A DNA stretch of 63,348 nucleotides, filler included, from Octopus bimaculoides (lineage: Eukaryota): the NCBI RefSeq assembly GCF_001194135.2. It is 5 parts of 4 records of this genome, joined end to end, with 100 filler letters (N's around TTAATTAATTAA, not from the genome) between each part and the next. Parts side by side here need not be neighbours in the genome. Positions count along the whole stretch, not along the records: positions 1 to 29,969 come from NC_068998.1; positions 30,070 to 57,600 come from NC_068986.1; 3 more parts are not named here. One strand, written 5' to 3'. The notes beneath the pieces were generated by a model that saw only the letters and a list, made by a program, of their open reading frames with translations, did no database searches and was not told where the DNA came from. Below, piece by piece: positions 19,901-31,077 of the stretch; the first letter of the stretch is position 1; every line of letters begins with the position of its first letter. A program made the translations under genes and the position numbers.

Positions 19901-20789
19901 CCAGTTTGCCCTAGGCAGTGCTTTTATGGGTGTGGCAGTTTTGGCTTTTGCTTCTGATGTATATGACTGTCAAGTGACAAGAAAGACAGCAAGCTGAACA
20001 GCTACCATGAATATATTTTAAATCATGTTTATCCACATTTAAGTGATTTTCAGAATGATTAAGAACAAGCTGGATAAGTTTTACTCCCTTCTTTAGAGTT
20101 TGTCCTAGTGAACAACTTCCCTTTTCTTTAAGCTTATGAAAAGACCAATGAAATGTTCTGCAAGAAGTAAATCACATCAATCCTCTTTCTACTTAACCTA
20201 AAGCCACATTGAGTTTCAGGGGTAACTTTAGTCTACAAGAGGAGTTATCCGACTGATGAGGATAAGGCAAGCCAGGATTTTACTGACTATACAAAGAAGG
20301 GAAATGTGACAATGTCTGTTACAAATTATTTTGTTGCTTTGTTTTTGTAAAGATGTTTGATTGAAGAAACCTTAAAGTCATGGGGAACATATCTATTACT
20401 CCAAATCAGCAAAAGAGTTTATAATGCAATTTTCTACTACCATACTGATAGACTTCAGAAGGTAGTCTTAAATGTATGATTGCAATGTGAACTTCAGTTA
20501 GCTTAGGTATATAAGCAGGTTGTTGTGCTATTTGACTTTTGAGAACTGATGAAAGAATATTATCATCAATTTATGAGTTGGTACTCAAAACAGTATTTGT
20601 CAGGTCTCTTGTGAGTGCTACTGGTGATATCTAAACATTGTTGTATGGTTGGGTCATTGGCAACTAAATTGACAACCCCCACCAAGCTTAATTGGTAAGG
20701 AGGGGAATTTTAGACACGCTCCAAAATATATAGGTATGTATATAAGGACTGGACAAACCTTTTGATAATATATGTACAATTTAATAATA

Positions 20790-21005
20790 ATAATCCTTTC
20801 TACTAAAGGCACAAGGCCTGAAGTTTTATGGGAAGGGACTAGTCCACTACATCAACTCCAGTGTTTCACTGATACTTAATTTATCGACCCTGAAAGGATG
20901 AAAGGCAAAGTTGATCTCAGTAGAATTTGAACTCAGAATGTAGTGACAGGTGGAATACTGCAAAACATTTCATCCAGTGTACTAACGATTCTGCCAGCTC
21001 ATCAC
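20790..21005 (-). repeat. SINE family B
   Basis: TAATCCTTTCTACTAAAGGCACAAGGCC...TTTATCGACCCTGAAAGGATGAAAGGCAAAGTTGATCTC...TTTGAACTCAGAA...CTGCCAGCTCA. Related copies at about 11150-11280, 53880-54110, 55930-56050, 59100-59385(+), 61655-61875. Confidence 0.75.
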
Positions 21006-23358
21006 CTTTTTGCCATGAACCTCAATGATAATAATAATAATAACAACCACTATGACCACCACCGTCATCATCATCATCATCATTTAACTTCTGTTTTCCA
21101 TGCTGACATAGGTCAGACAGTTTGACAGGAGCTGATTGGCTGGAGAGCTGCATCAGGCTCCAGTCCGTTATGGCTTGGGGATCCTACAAAACAAAATAAT
21201 GCAACATTTCATCCAAGAAATGAGTGAAATGTGCTTAGTGTAGTTGTGTTTTTATCAGACTGATATAGAATATTATTAATTTACATGGATTCTACTGTTT
21301 TACTATATTAGTTCATTTGGTGGTCAACTAATCTATGAGTAAATTGTGGATTTAAAGAGTTACATAGAAACATTTCATTTTTCCCCCTCTAGAGCCAATG
21401 AAATTAAGGAATAGAAATATAATAGTAGATTCAAATAAATATACATAAGCTCCCTTCCAAAAATTGACTATATGAGTCAAAATATAAAAGGAATAAGAAT
21501 TTGGACAACTGAAGGGTTCAACACATTGCAAGAGAACATTTAATTCTATATGGAATAGGATAGGCATCCAACCATAGAAAATCTATCTTGATAAACTCCA
21601 ACCAATCCATGCAAACATGGAAAAGTGGACATTAGAACAATGATTAAGATGGTACCTTACTTTACCAAGCAGTTGGGATTAGGTACTGGATATTTCTGGG
21701 AATGTTGTCTGATGTAGACTTTTCAAGGTAGAAGATTTATCCTTTAAGCAACTTCTGGTTGACATGCAATCCTTATTTTATTTATTTATTCTTTTTTTTT
21801 CTATGTTCCCCTGCACTGCAAAGCACTTTGGGCAGCATGAAGTCTTCATACACAAACCCAGATGTTTGTGTTCAGGTAAATTGTGCTAAGTTAAAAGCTC
21901 TCAACTTTCAACATGAGTATTGGACTTTAGCAGGGGTGCGTATTGTCACTTTTCATAAACCAGATTGACAGGCACAGCTGTTGAGGAAGTAGCATCATAG
22001 TTAGTAAGTGTACTATTGGTTGGTTGATATTTGCAGACAATATAGTGCTACTTGGATCATCAGAAGCTAATCGCACACCACTGACTTTGTTTCCTTGTAA
22101 TTTTCAGAAAAATAGATGTCTTTTAATGAAATGTTGTACACATACGATTCAGATGGTATAAATTTCGGAATTTAATATAGAAAAAAATAAATGGCAGGTG
22201 CGTACGCATATATAGTCACATACATCACGTCTCTACAAAACAAAACTTGGAATTCTGTAAAATATTAATGCCTCGAATATGTCTGTGCGCACGCATCATT
22301 TTCTCACATAAAATTCTTATGTAATTTAGTCACCTGGACGGTATTTATAAGAAATTTCATTACAAATACCCAATTTTCTGCAAGTTACGAGAAAAAAAGT
22401 CGGCGGGACACGACTGTGCAGGTATGTGTATAATTATTCATTTAAATAGAAATAAGAACACATATACACGGGGAATTTACAAGGATACCGCTACTATGCG
22501 TTTTCATTCTTTCTATATTACTATAAGTGACTTCTTTACATGCTAATAACATAATCCAAATCTGTCTAACCAAATCCTACCTTAAAAAAAATAATAATAA
22601 AGCATGAATTAAAAAATTAAAGATGGAATAGACATGGTTGAAGGCTTTTGATTAAAGACCCGCTCCATTAAGACTGACCTGTGGCTAACCAGTTATGGAT
22701 TGAATGTAACCACTAATTAAAAAGCAATGCAAATTAAAATTAAACCAACGTAACAGAAAATGTACAATATCTTGGCAGTCGACAAAATGAAATGAAAGAA
22801 CAACCAAGAAGTTGCTCTTTTATTGAAAGATTGCCACATATTTAATTTCCGAAATCTTTCCTATAAATAATCAAAACGTTGTTTACTTTTCGAAATGAGT
22901 GATTCCCAAAAAATAAAAAAAGGTATTATATACGGTTCTTAAACCAGAATTCCGCAAGTACAATAACTATTTCGAAGCTTTTACTTGTTCGCTTCAGCCA
23001 TTCAGAGTAGCCAAGTGATTTTTATATATTCCGTTATTGATGGCTTGATTTTAAATTACGCCGCTTTAGTTAAAAGTTACCAACATTTAATACGCAAAAT
23101 AAATTCCTTGGCATCCAAAACGAATGCTTATTTTTTTGCTATCTTATGTTCACCTTTTGATTCTTACATACCCATCAGTTCTTTTTCATATTTTAATAGA
23201 AGTATCGGTTAATGTTTATCTACTGAAAAAAAAAGCTGGTAGTATGGTATTATGAAAATATTTATGTAGGAACGCATGTGAATGAAATAACGATTTATTT
23301 ATTCATTACAAAGGAACTGGAAATTTCACCCTTCGTTCGTTTCCCAGGTACTATTCAA

Positions 23359-24031
23359 GAAGATTGGCCCCCGGTGCGCGCTATCGAGTCGTGACTAGTC
23401 GATCCTACGACTACCTAGCGCGAGTGCGCGTCATACGCAAAACATGTATGAGGGGTTTTTTCTAAACAAAGTAAATAATTTATTTAAACAAAGCAAATAA
23501 ATTATACACTACCTGTTTTTGGTAAAGAGTCCATTAAAAAGTCGGTCTTTCAAAATCTACTGTTGTTCAATGGTATCAGTACACGAGGGACATTATAAGT
23601 AATTATATTTTGCGTAACCCCTACCAAATTGGTGGACTTGGGCACATCGTAGAAATAGATGACTCTATGATGTGCAAGCGCAAATACAACGGAGGGTGGG
23701 ATAGAGAGGATAAAAATAGGTTTTTACTCTTTGTACCTGACCGTTCTTCTGGAACTCTTCTACCACTTATTAAAAAAATTATCAAACAAGGGACGACTAT
23801 ATGTTCTGATTGTTGGGGATTACTGAAATAGATGTGACACCAAAATACACCCTGGAAGAACGTAAAACGACGTTTTAAGAGTAAGATGGGGAAGATTCAA
23901 CAAAAAAAATATATTTCCTTTGTGCTTTATTTACTTTGTTTACATGTTTTGCGCATTCGTGCTAAATAATCGTTGTAGGATCAACTAGTCACGACTAGCT
24001 TGTGCGAGTGTGCGCACCGGGACCAATCTTC
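23359..24031 (+). mobile_element. Merlin (IS1595/ISXO2-like DDE) DNA transposon, internally deleted, with TIRs
   Basis: Fragment IGGLGHIVEIDDSMMCKRKYN..//..FVPDRSSGTLLPLIKKIIKQGTTICSDCW matches the Merlin VEIDE/KRKYN/DRS..TL/GT.I.SD.W pattern. TIR GAAGATTGGCCCCCGGTGCGC...AGTCGTGACTAGTCGATCCTAC is mirrored at about 23974-24031. Confidence 0.8.
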
Positions 24032-24213
24032 CCGCTTTTTCATCTTGACATCTCTAATCGCTCTATTATTAAAACAGCAAAATGCCAGGAAGACAAGTTG
24101 TAAAATTCGCAAAACTTACTCCAAATGCATTCGTCCCAACTCGAGGATCGCCGCAAGCTGCTGGATACGACCTTTACAGGTGATTTTACAATTACTATTA
24201 CATCTTATGGTAG

Positions 24214-24481
24214 AGATGGACTATATGTAAATAAATATGAAGGAAAAAATGCGCTTTGNNNNNNNNNNNNNNNNNNNNNNNNNNNNNNNNNNNNNNNNNN
24301 NNNNNNNNNNNNNNNNNNNNNNNNNNNNNNNNNNNNNNNNNNNNNNNNNNNNNNNNNNNNNNNNNNNNNAATAACAGCCAAATCTGGTTAGGGTTAGGTT
24401 TACCCTAACTCAAAACCTAACCCTAACCCCGTTTGCCAAAGCGCATTTTTTCCTTCATATTTATTTACATATAGTCCATCT
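24214..24481. repeat. Perfect 45-bp inverted repeat around a gap, with an internal TTAGGG/CCCTAA hairpin (MITE-like)
   Basis: 24214-24258 AGATGGACTATATGTAAATAAATATGAAGGAAAAAATGCGCTTTG is the exact reverse complement of 24437-24481. The interior contains GTTAGGGTTAGG...CCTAACCCTAAC. Confidence 0.6.
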
Positions 24482-27008
24482 GGACCAATGCAAGATTTGG
24501 ATTGTCCGCGTTTAGCTGTTATTTCTAGCATATCAAGTTTCGTGGTGGGGACTCCACATGTGATCCTTTTACTGTTTCAATATAAATGTAAGCCGTTCAT
24601 TTTCACATCTAAGTTGCGAGAAGGCTATTCGTACGACCTGGACATGTAGAACACAATGTCAAAAATGAAAATCGCCAAAAAAAAAATTTTTTAGAGGGAA
24701 TCGCATGACCGTTACATATAGAACACATTATCGAAAACGAAAATCGTCAAAATTAAAAAATAAAAAAGTTACAGCCATTTTCCCTCAGTGTCTAATTCCA
24801 ATGTCCGGTAAAACCCTGTAGTTATGCCCCAATGTCCACCCACCGCCTTATTCTGATGTTCTATGTATACCTTGTGACTTTATATCTAGATTTCTAATTG
24901 TGACATTTACATTCCTCTTAAGAAGGCTTCCGTAAGTTTTAATAAATCTAAAAATAAGTGGATCATCCTTCGCTTCAGGGACGTGTATGAATGAAATGCA
25001 AAAAACTTGGTCTTGTCTACCAAATCCACTCGTAATGCTTTTGTTGGTCTATCGTAAAAGACAGTTGCTCAAGGTGCCACCCAGTGGTTGGGAAGTCACG
25101 CATGCTTTGTTTGAAAGACATGCTTATCTAAAAGTTTTTATAGATTCATTCCCACTGCGTGGCACCTTGAACAAGTGTCTGCTATAGTCTTGAGTCGATC
25201 AAAGCTTTATGAGTGGATTTGGTAAGCGGAAATTGTGTGGAAGCCCGTCGTATATGTATGTCTCCTACCACCACTTATCGGTGTTGGTTTGCTTACGTCT
25301 CCGCGACATAGCGGTGTGGCAAAAGAGGATAAAGTACTGGGGTCGATCTGTTCCACTAAATTCTTTAGGCGATGACCCAGCGTGGCCGCAGCCCAACGAC
25401 TGAAACAATAGAAAATATTGGCAATCCTTCGATATAACTAGACAAAACATAAAAAACAGAACAGGCACACACACAGAGGTCACGAAGATATTCGAAGTGA
25501 ATTGTCGAGTTATATCGAAGGATTGCCAAAATATTTACTTTTATTGTCAAGAAATATTTTCATTAATGAATGACACGGGCGGTATTACTTATATGGAAGA
25601 AGACCATTGAAGATAAACCACGAAAGTTTGCGCTGCTGATGGTTTCGTACCGCTGCTCAAAGCATACTTTCCCGCCATAATCCATCTTTTTAGCCCGAAG
25701 ACAGAAGCCTCTAGGTAGTCGTCGAACATACTAAAAACAGCAGCTAAAACTATTTAAAGTTTGATTTGAGTTGATAATGGGCTAAGCTGCTATTTCTAGT
25801 ATGTTAGGTAAACACTTACAGACAGCGGGAAAGTATTTTGATGAATGAATTGTGAGCGACAGTACGGTTACCTTGTTGGCGCCGAATTCTGTTTTGACTT
25901 AGAATTTCTGTAACCTAAATTTTCATATAAAGTATTTCAATTCACATATAAGTACTATCAGGTACTACTAAAGCAGCACGGTCCCGTACTATCAAACGAA
26001 AATATTTCCAAAGTTTTGTGTTTTCACGCATTTTTTCTTATTTTTACAAATTGTATTCATCCACAAACGTAACGTATTCGACATTCATATCTTATGTTAG
26101 ACATTGCTATACGATGTGGTTAGTTAGTAATCTTTCAGTTTCCAGGTTTTAATAAAATAGAAAAAAAGACATTTTCCTTCAGTTTCTGGATTTTTCTTTT
26201 CAGCGATTTTCGAGGTTTTCTCTGCATTCATTTTGTCAGCCAAGTAGCTACATATGACATATTCTGGCGTGCAGTTAGAATGTTGATTTTGTTCATTCAA
26301 TTTTGTGTGTCGTTGAGTGAAAAACTTTTAGTCCAGTGTGTGGCGCAGTTATGATTTAATTATCTAATGCTCGCGCGGGAAAGTGATTGTGACTGGTCGT
26401 TTAGAACTTTAGTTTTACATTTTCGTGCCATTTTGCGAGCCTAGATGAAGGACAAGAAAGCATTATCAAGCACAGCAGCAACACTGTTCCGTAATCCACA
26501 CAGCCTTGCACATTCTGGACTGGTTTGCAACTTCTCGATAGGAGTAATGACATACCCGACTCAACATTAACTCGATAGGTTGAAGGGTCCTCATGTGTCA
26601 AAACCGACTGGAGAATCAATCATATGAATATAAACTCTTAGAAATATGGACATTATTGCTTTATCCTTTTTACATAATTAGTATATTGACTCGTTATCTC
26701 TAAGAGAATATTAAAATATCTAAAATTCTGATTTAGTGGTTTTTACATCATTAGCAAATCGTCAAATTATCACATGGAAAGGAAACATTTTGTCTGTTTA
26801 CTGCTGTCACAAGGGAGCTAACTCCGTTTACTTTGAAAACTTCTAAAATTTCAGGAGTTTTAGGATTTAAAAAGTTGATTGTAATATGGGGCGATGATAT
26901 GCTTTTCACTGCTAGCAGTGTACAAGCAATGTGTTGTTGACTATTTTAGCTGGTTGTTGGAAAACTGTAAGTGAACGAAAATAAATACAAAGAAAAACTC
27001 TGCGTGGC

Positions 27009-29500
27009 AATTTATCGAAAATGGCTAAACGAAAAACAAGACAGTTGTTCGAAGTAGCAGTTGCTCGATTCAACAATTAGTCGAATTATTAACAGATTTT
27101 AGAAATATTAAAAAAGATTAAAGAGCGGAAATTACATTATGTTTTTTATTTTTTTAATTAAGTTGTATATAATGTGTGTGGTGTTGATAGTCTGAAAACC
27201 TGTGGTCTTTTGTCATAGCTTGTTCAAAGTCACAAGAAACTGAATCAATATTTAAAAAAAAGGTGTTATTAAGCTGATGAAAAAAAAATTATAAAAAGCG
27301 TTATAGTCTCACGTTATGAGCTACTGCGCATAGATAGTCGACTACATTGGTGTATTCTTGAAACGATTCAGTGAGTTTTTTAAGCTGCTTTGCAGAAATC
27401 CGACATTCTTTAGTATTTGTTTCGCACTCCATTCCGCTGAGTAATTTTTCTATATTAATCTCGTTCAGAGATTGTTCTCTCTTCAGCTCTTCTAAAAATT
27501 TCCAAAGTGTTGACCGATTCGCCGAAACTTGATGCAAAAACGCTCGGTGCCATACTTCAATAGCGTTATTTGTTTCTGGTAAATCCTGTTGCATTCTGTC
27601 AAAACAGGACCACATCTTTAAGTCAAATATGGGTGGACGGCGACCGTTGCGAATACATGGTCGTCCTAGCCACGTGTCTTCGAAATAGTCAACTACTGGA
27701 AGGGCCTCTGGGGGATATACTGCTCCATCTACTAGCGCTCCAAATGCTTCATACACTTTCTCTGTTGGAACAAAAGCTAGAGCTAAAAGCATGCGAATAC
27801 TTAATGAAAAATGTGCATCTGTGTCATATTTCTCTTTTAGATCGAAGGCGCATACTTTTTTGTATAGGCAATGCCCCAAATGAAAAAAACTACCATAAAG
27901 ATTAACGGAATCGAATTCTGTCCTGACGGCCTTTATCATTGTCGGTTCAAAGTCTGTAGTAATTGAATCAATGTTTGAAAATGGTACTAGTGTTTTTAGT
28001 GTCTTAACAAATTTAATGTACGTTTCTTCTTTCCTATTGGGTAACAATCCAAATATCAAAGGTAGGCAAAATCCATTTTTAAGGCCTTGAATTGTATAGA
28101 GTTGATCAAATATAACCGGCACTGTTTTAAAGGTGCCATCCATGAAGACATTTTGACATGAATCAAGAACAGACAGATTTTGTCGGGTCGAAAAAATCAA
28201 CATTCTGTCATCACTTGGGCCCGAATCAAACAACAGGAAGTCGTCTCCCCTATTTGTTTTGGTATATTCGTCAGGAAAGGTTATGTCTTTTCTATGGTTG
28301 GGTACAGGCAACCCGCAAATTTCTCGTTGGCGCACTCGTCGAATTGTCCGTTTTATACTACTTAGCGGGGGTAGTGCGGGAACTGTTAGATTACTAATAT
28401 CAGAAGCAGCATTTAAAATTACATATTGAGGTGAATCGCGAGTTTCTTTAGAGTCGTTCTTAATTTTTTCCATAAATCGGCGCACTTCAACATTAACTGG
28501 ATTACCGGCATGGTTATGTTCCCCAGAAACTGAAATGACTTCATCCCCATCTGTCTTGGCACGACATTTACAATATTTTTTATAATTCTGACACTTCCAA
28601 TATTTTTTATTTTTCAATTCCTTGTCTTTAACAAACAAATATCCATCTACTAACAACATAGGTTTTCCTTTTTCGCTTTGTACAAATTTAGCTTTTTTAG
28701 CTTTGGTAGGGCCCTCTGGAAACTCTTTACTACATTTGTCTCTTTGTTCTCGAGGTACTAGTTGAATAGTTCGTTTCATGTTACTTACTGAGGGTAGTAC
28801 TGGAGTTGTAGCAAAGCTGTTATCTGAAGCTTTAGTTGAAACTACAACTACTTGCTGAGGTGAAGAGTCGCATGTTTCTTCAAGTTCAATCTTGACTTTT
28901 CCCGTAAGTTGGGGCGCTACGACATTAGCTGGAATAACTGTATGATTATATAAAGGTAGTACTGGAGTTGTAACAATGCTATTATCTGAAGCTGCATTTG
29001 AAATTACAAACTGGGGTGAGTTATATGTTCCTTCAGGTTCGGTTTTCACTGTTTCCGTAATTCGGCGCGCTTCGACCTTAGCTGGATTGGCAGTATGGTT
29101 ATGCTCACGAGAAACAGAAATAATCTCACCACCAGCGGTTTTGGCACGACATTTACAGTGCTTATTGTAATTCTGGCACTTCCAATACCTTCTATTTCCA
29201 ACTTCCTTCTCTTTGACGAACAAGTATCCATTGAATAACAACAAGGGGTTTCCTTTATCACTTCGTAAGAATTCCGCCATTTTTCAATATCATCGATCTC
29301 GGGACAAAGGGACGCAAATATGATGCATACGCACGCGCGCACATAAGCATTTAAAATTTTTAAAAAGATAGTATTAATAAAACCATTATAAACCTTTTAA
29401 AAATCAAAATTGTTTTAATATTTATAATTCGATTACTTATTGATTCGAATAACTGTTACTTCCATCAATTGTTTTTTCGTTCATTTGTTTTCGATAAATT
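27009..29500. mobile_element. Decayed MULE element boundaries: about 80-bp degenerate inverted repeats at 27009-27092 and 29421-29500 flanking the transposase ORF
   Basis: Left: AATTTATCGAAAATGGCTAAACGAAAAACAAGACAGTTGTTCGAAGTAGCAGTTGCTCGATTCAACAATTAGTCGAATTAT. Reverse complement of right: AATTTATCGAAAACAAATGAACGAAAAAACAATTGATGGAAGTAACAGTTATTCGAATCAATAAGTAATCGAATTAT. No TSD found. Confidence 0.7.
27301..29280 (-). CDS. FLYWCH (x2) + MULE/Mutator transposase-domain protein, 659 aa, intact single-exon ORF
   Basis: Two FLYWCH-type fingers (GYLF..K......YWKC......CKCRAKT........HNH). The MULE core is intact: DGTFKTVP..FDQLYTIQG, LPLIFGLLPNR, TTDFE, GSFFH, ALAFVP, DYFEDTW, TNNAIEVWH, YL.AVAHN. The ATG context is AAAATGG. 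Confidence 0.93.
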   Translation of the reverse strand: MAEFLRSDKGNPLLLFNGYLFVKEKEVGNRRYWKCQNYNKHCKCRAKTAGGEIISVSREHNHTANPAKVEARRITETVKTEPEGTYNSPQFVISNAASDNSIVTTPVLPLYNHTVIPANVVAPQLTGKVKIELEETCDSSPQQVVVVSTKASDNSFATTPVLPSVSNMKRTIQLVPREQRDKCSKEFPEGPTKAKKAKFVQSEKGKPMLLVDGYLFVKDKELKNKKYWKCQNYKKYCKCRAKTDGDEVISVSGEHNHAGNPVNVEVRRFMEKIKNDSKETRDSPQYVILNAASDISNLTVPALPPLSSIKRTIRRVRQREICGLPVPNHRKDITFPDEYTKTNRGDDFLLFDSGPSDDRMLIFSTRQNLSVLDSCQNVFMDGTFKTVPVIFDQLYTIQGLKNGFCLPLIFGLLPNRKEETYIKFVKTLKTLVPFSNIDSITTDFEPTMIKAVRTEFDSVNLYGSFFHLGHCLYKKVCAFDLKEKYDTDAHFSLSIRMLLALAFVPTEKVYEAFGALVDGAVYPPEALPVVDYFEDTWLGRPCIRNGRRPPIFDLKMWSCFDRMQQDLPETNNAIEVWHRAFLHQVSANRSTLWKFLEELKREQSLNEINIEKLLSGMECETNTKECRISAKQLKKLTESFQEYTNVVDYLCAVAHNVRL

Positions 29501-30100
29501 ATGTTTCGATCAATGGGTCTATATACTTAAAACTTAACAATTCGCTGCTGCATTTGGATGTCTGTTAATGCAGGTCCGAAGTGAATGAAATAAAACGGTG
29601 TGTTTACTCAAAAGTGATTTACTGAACTAGATAGGCATAAAGCAAATGCTGCCTTGAAAAAAAAGTATTAGCATATAATTTCTAGGAAATTAAATTGATA
29701 TAGGAATGATAAAATCAATAATGATAATATATGCACACACGCTTTGCAGAAAGATGTGAAGACTACATCTAGTATGTACGATACATTTCTTCGCCCACTT
29801 CATTATGTCTATGAATGAATGAATGGCATTGCTTGTATGTGTGGGCTTCCATTTATATGTATACGTTTTGTATGAATGTGTGCGTATATATGTATAAATG
29901 ATGATCGTATCTGTTCTTGTAGCAGTGTGTATACAGAAACTAAGTTTTTTTTTTTTTTCGTTTTTCGGGNNNNNNNNNNNNNNNNNNNNNNNNNNNNNNN
30001 NNNNNNNNNNNNNTTAATTAATTAANNNNNNNNNNNNNNNNNNNNNNNNNNNNNNNNNNNNNNNNNNNNTATATATATAAAATTGCTAAAGTGGACAACC

Positions 30101-30580
30101 GTTAAGGCAAGGCAAACATCTCCAGTCATATACATTATTTTTATTGGACAAAATTTTAAATCTTACAGCTATTTCTGAGATATCCTAGGATATGGAGTAT
30201 TCCGCTTTCAGAGACAAATAGGGAAAATGAGAAGGGTATATATTAATGAAATGACGACATAGAGGACAGGAGTAAAGGTATAAGGAGATGAGGAGACAGA
30301 AGAAAAAAGAAGCATAAGGACTTATGCACTTATTTCTATAACATGGGAAATTGAACTGTGAACTTTTATGCTGCTTTTTTCTTCTCTCTCTTCATCTCTT
30401 TGTTCTTTTACGCCTTTCTCTATGTAGTGATTTCATTATCTATAACCTTCTCATTTTTCGTATTTGTCTCTGATGACGGAATATCCCATACTCTGATATA
30501 TCCCAAAACCAGCTGTAAGACGTTGAATTTTTTCCGATAATAATAATGTATATGACTTGAGATTTTTGCCTTGCCTTAAC
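30101..30580. mobile_element. Inverted pair of Penelope-like terminal repeats, each carrying a degenerate hammerhead-like motif
   Basis: 30101-30317 is approximately the reverse complement of 30366-30580. Right arm has CTGATGA-CGGAATATC..GATATATCC-CAAAA-CCAGCTGTA; left arm (minus strand) has CTGAAAG-CGGAATA...CTCA-GAAA-TAGCTGTA. Confidence 0.55.
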
Positions 30581-31042
30581 CTTTGTTGTTCTATTTAATA
30601 ATTATATATCCGCTATATCGGAAATCTGCAATGGCTCCATAACTACCGTCTCGGCTACAATCTTGGAGCCCTAGTACTCTGTTACAGAACTTACCTAGCG
30701 TGCGTACCTAATCGTTTAGATCATCTGTGAACTAAACTCCCATACTTTGTATGTATATATATATATATATATNNNNNNNNNNNNNNNNNNNNNNNNNNNN
30801 NNNNNNNNNNNNNNNNNNNNNNNNNNNNNNNNNNNNNNNNNNNNNNNNNNNNNNNNNNNNNNNNNNNNNNNNNNNNNNNNNNNNNNNNNNNNNNNNNNNN
30901 NNNNNNNNNNNNNNNNNNNNNNNNNNNNNNNNNNNNNNNNNNNNNNNNNNNNNNNNNNNNNNNNNNNNNNNNNNNNNNNNNNNNNNNNNNNNNNNNNNNN
31001 NNNNNNNNNNNNNNNNNNNNNNNNNNNNNNNNNNNNNNNNNN

Positions 31043-31077
<35 letters not shown>

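Noticed and set aside
27570-29342. Several + and alternate-frame ORFs overlapping the MULE gene
   Set aside because: They are shadow ORFs of the long coding sequence with no recognisable motifs.
30014-30025. TTAATTAATTAA palindrome, repeated identically at 57645-57656, 59522-59533 and 61278-61289
   Set aside because: Each copy is an isolated island inside N runs. This is an assembly or linker placeholder, not biology.
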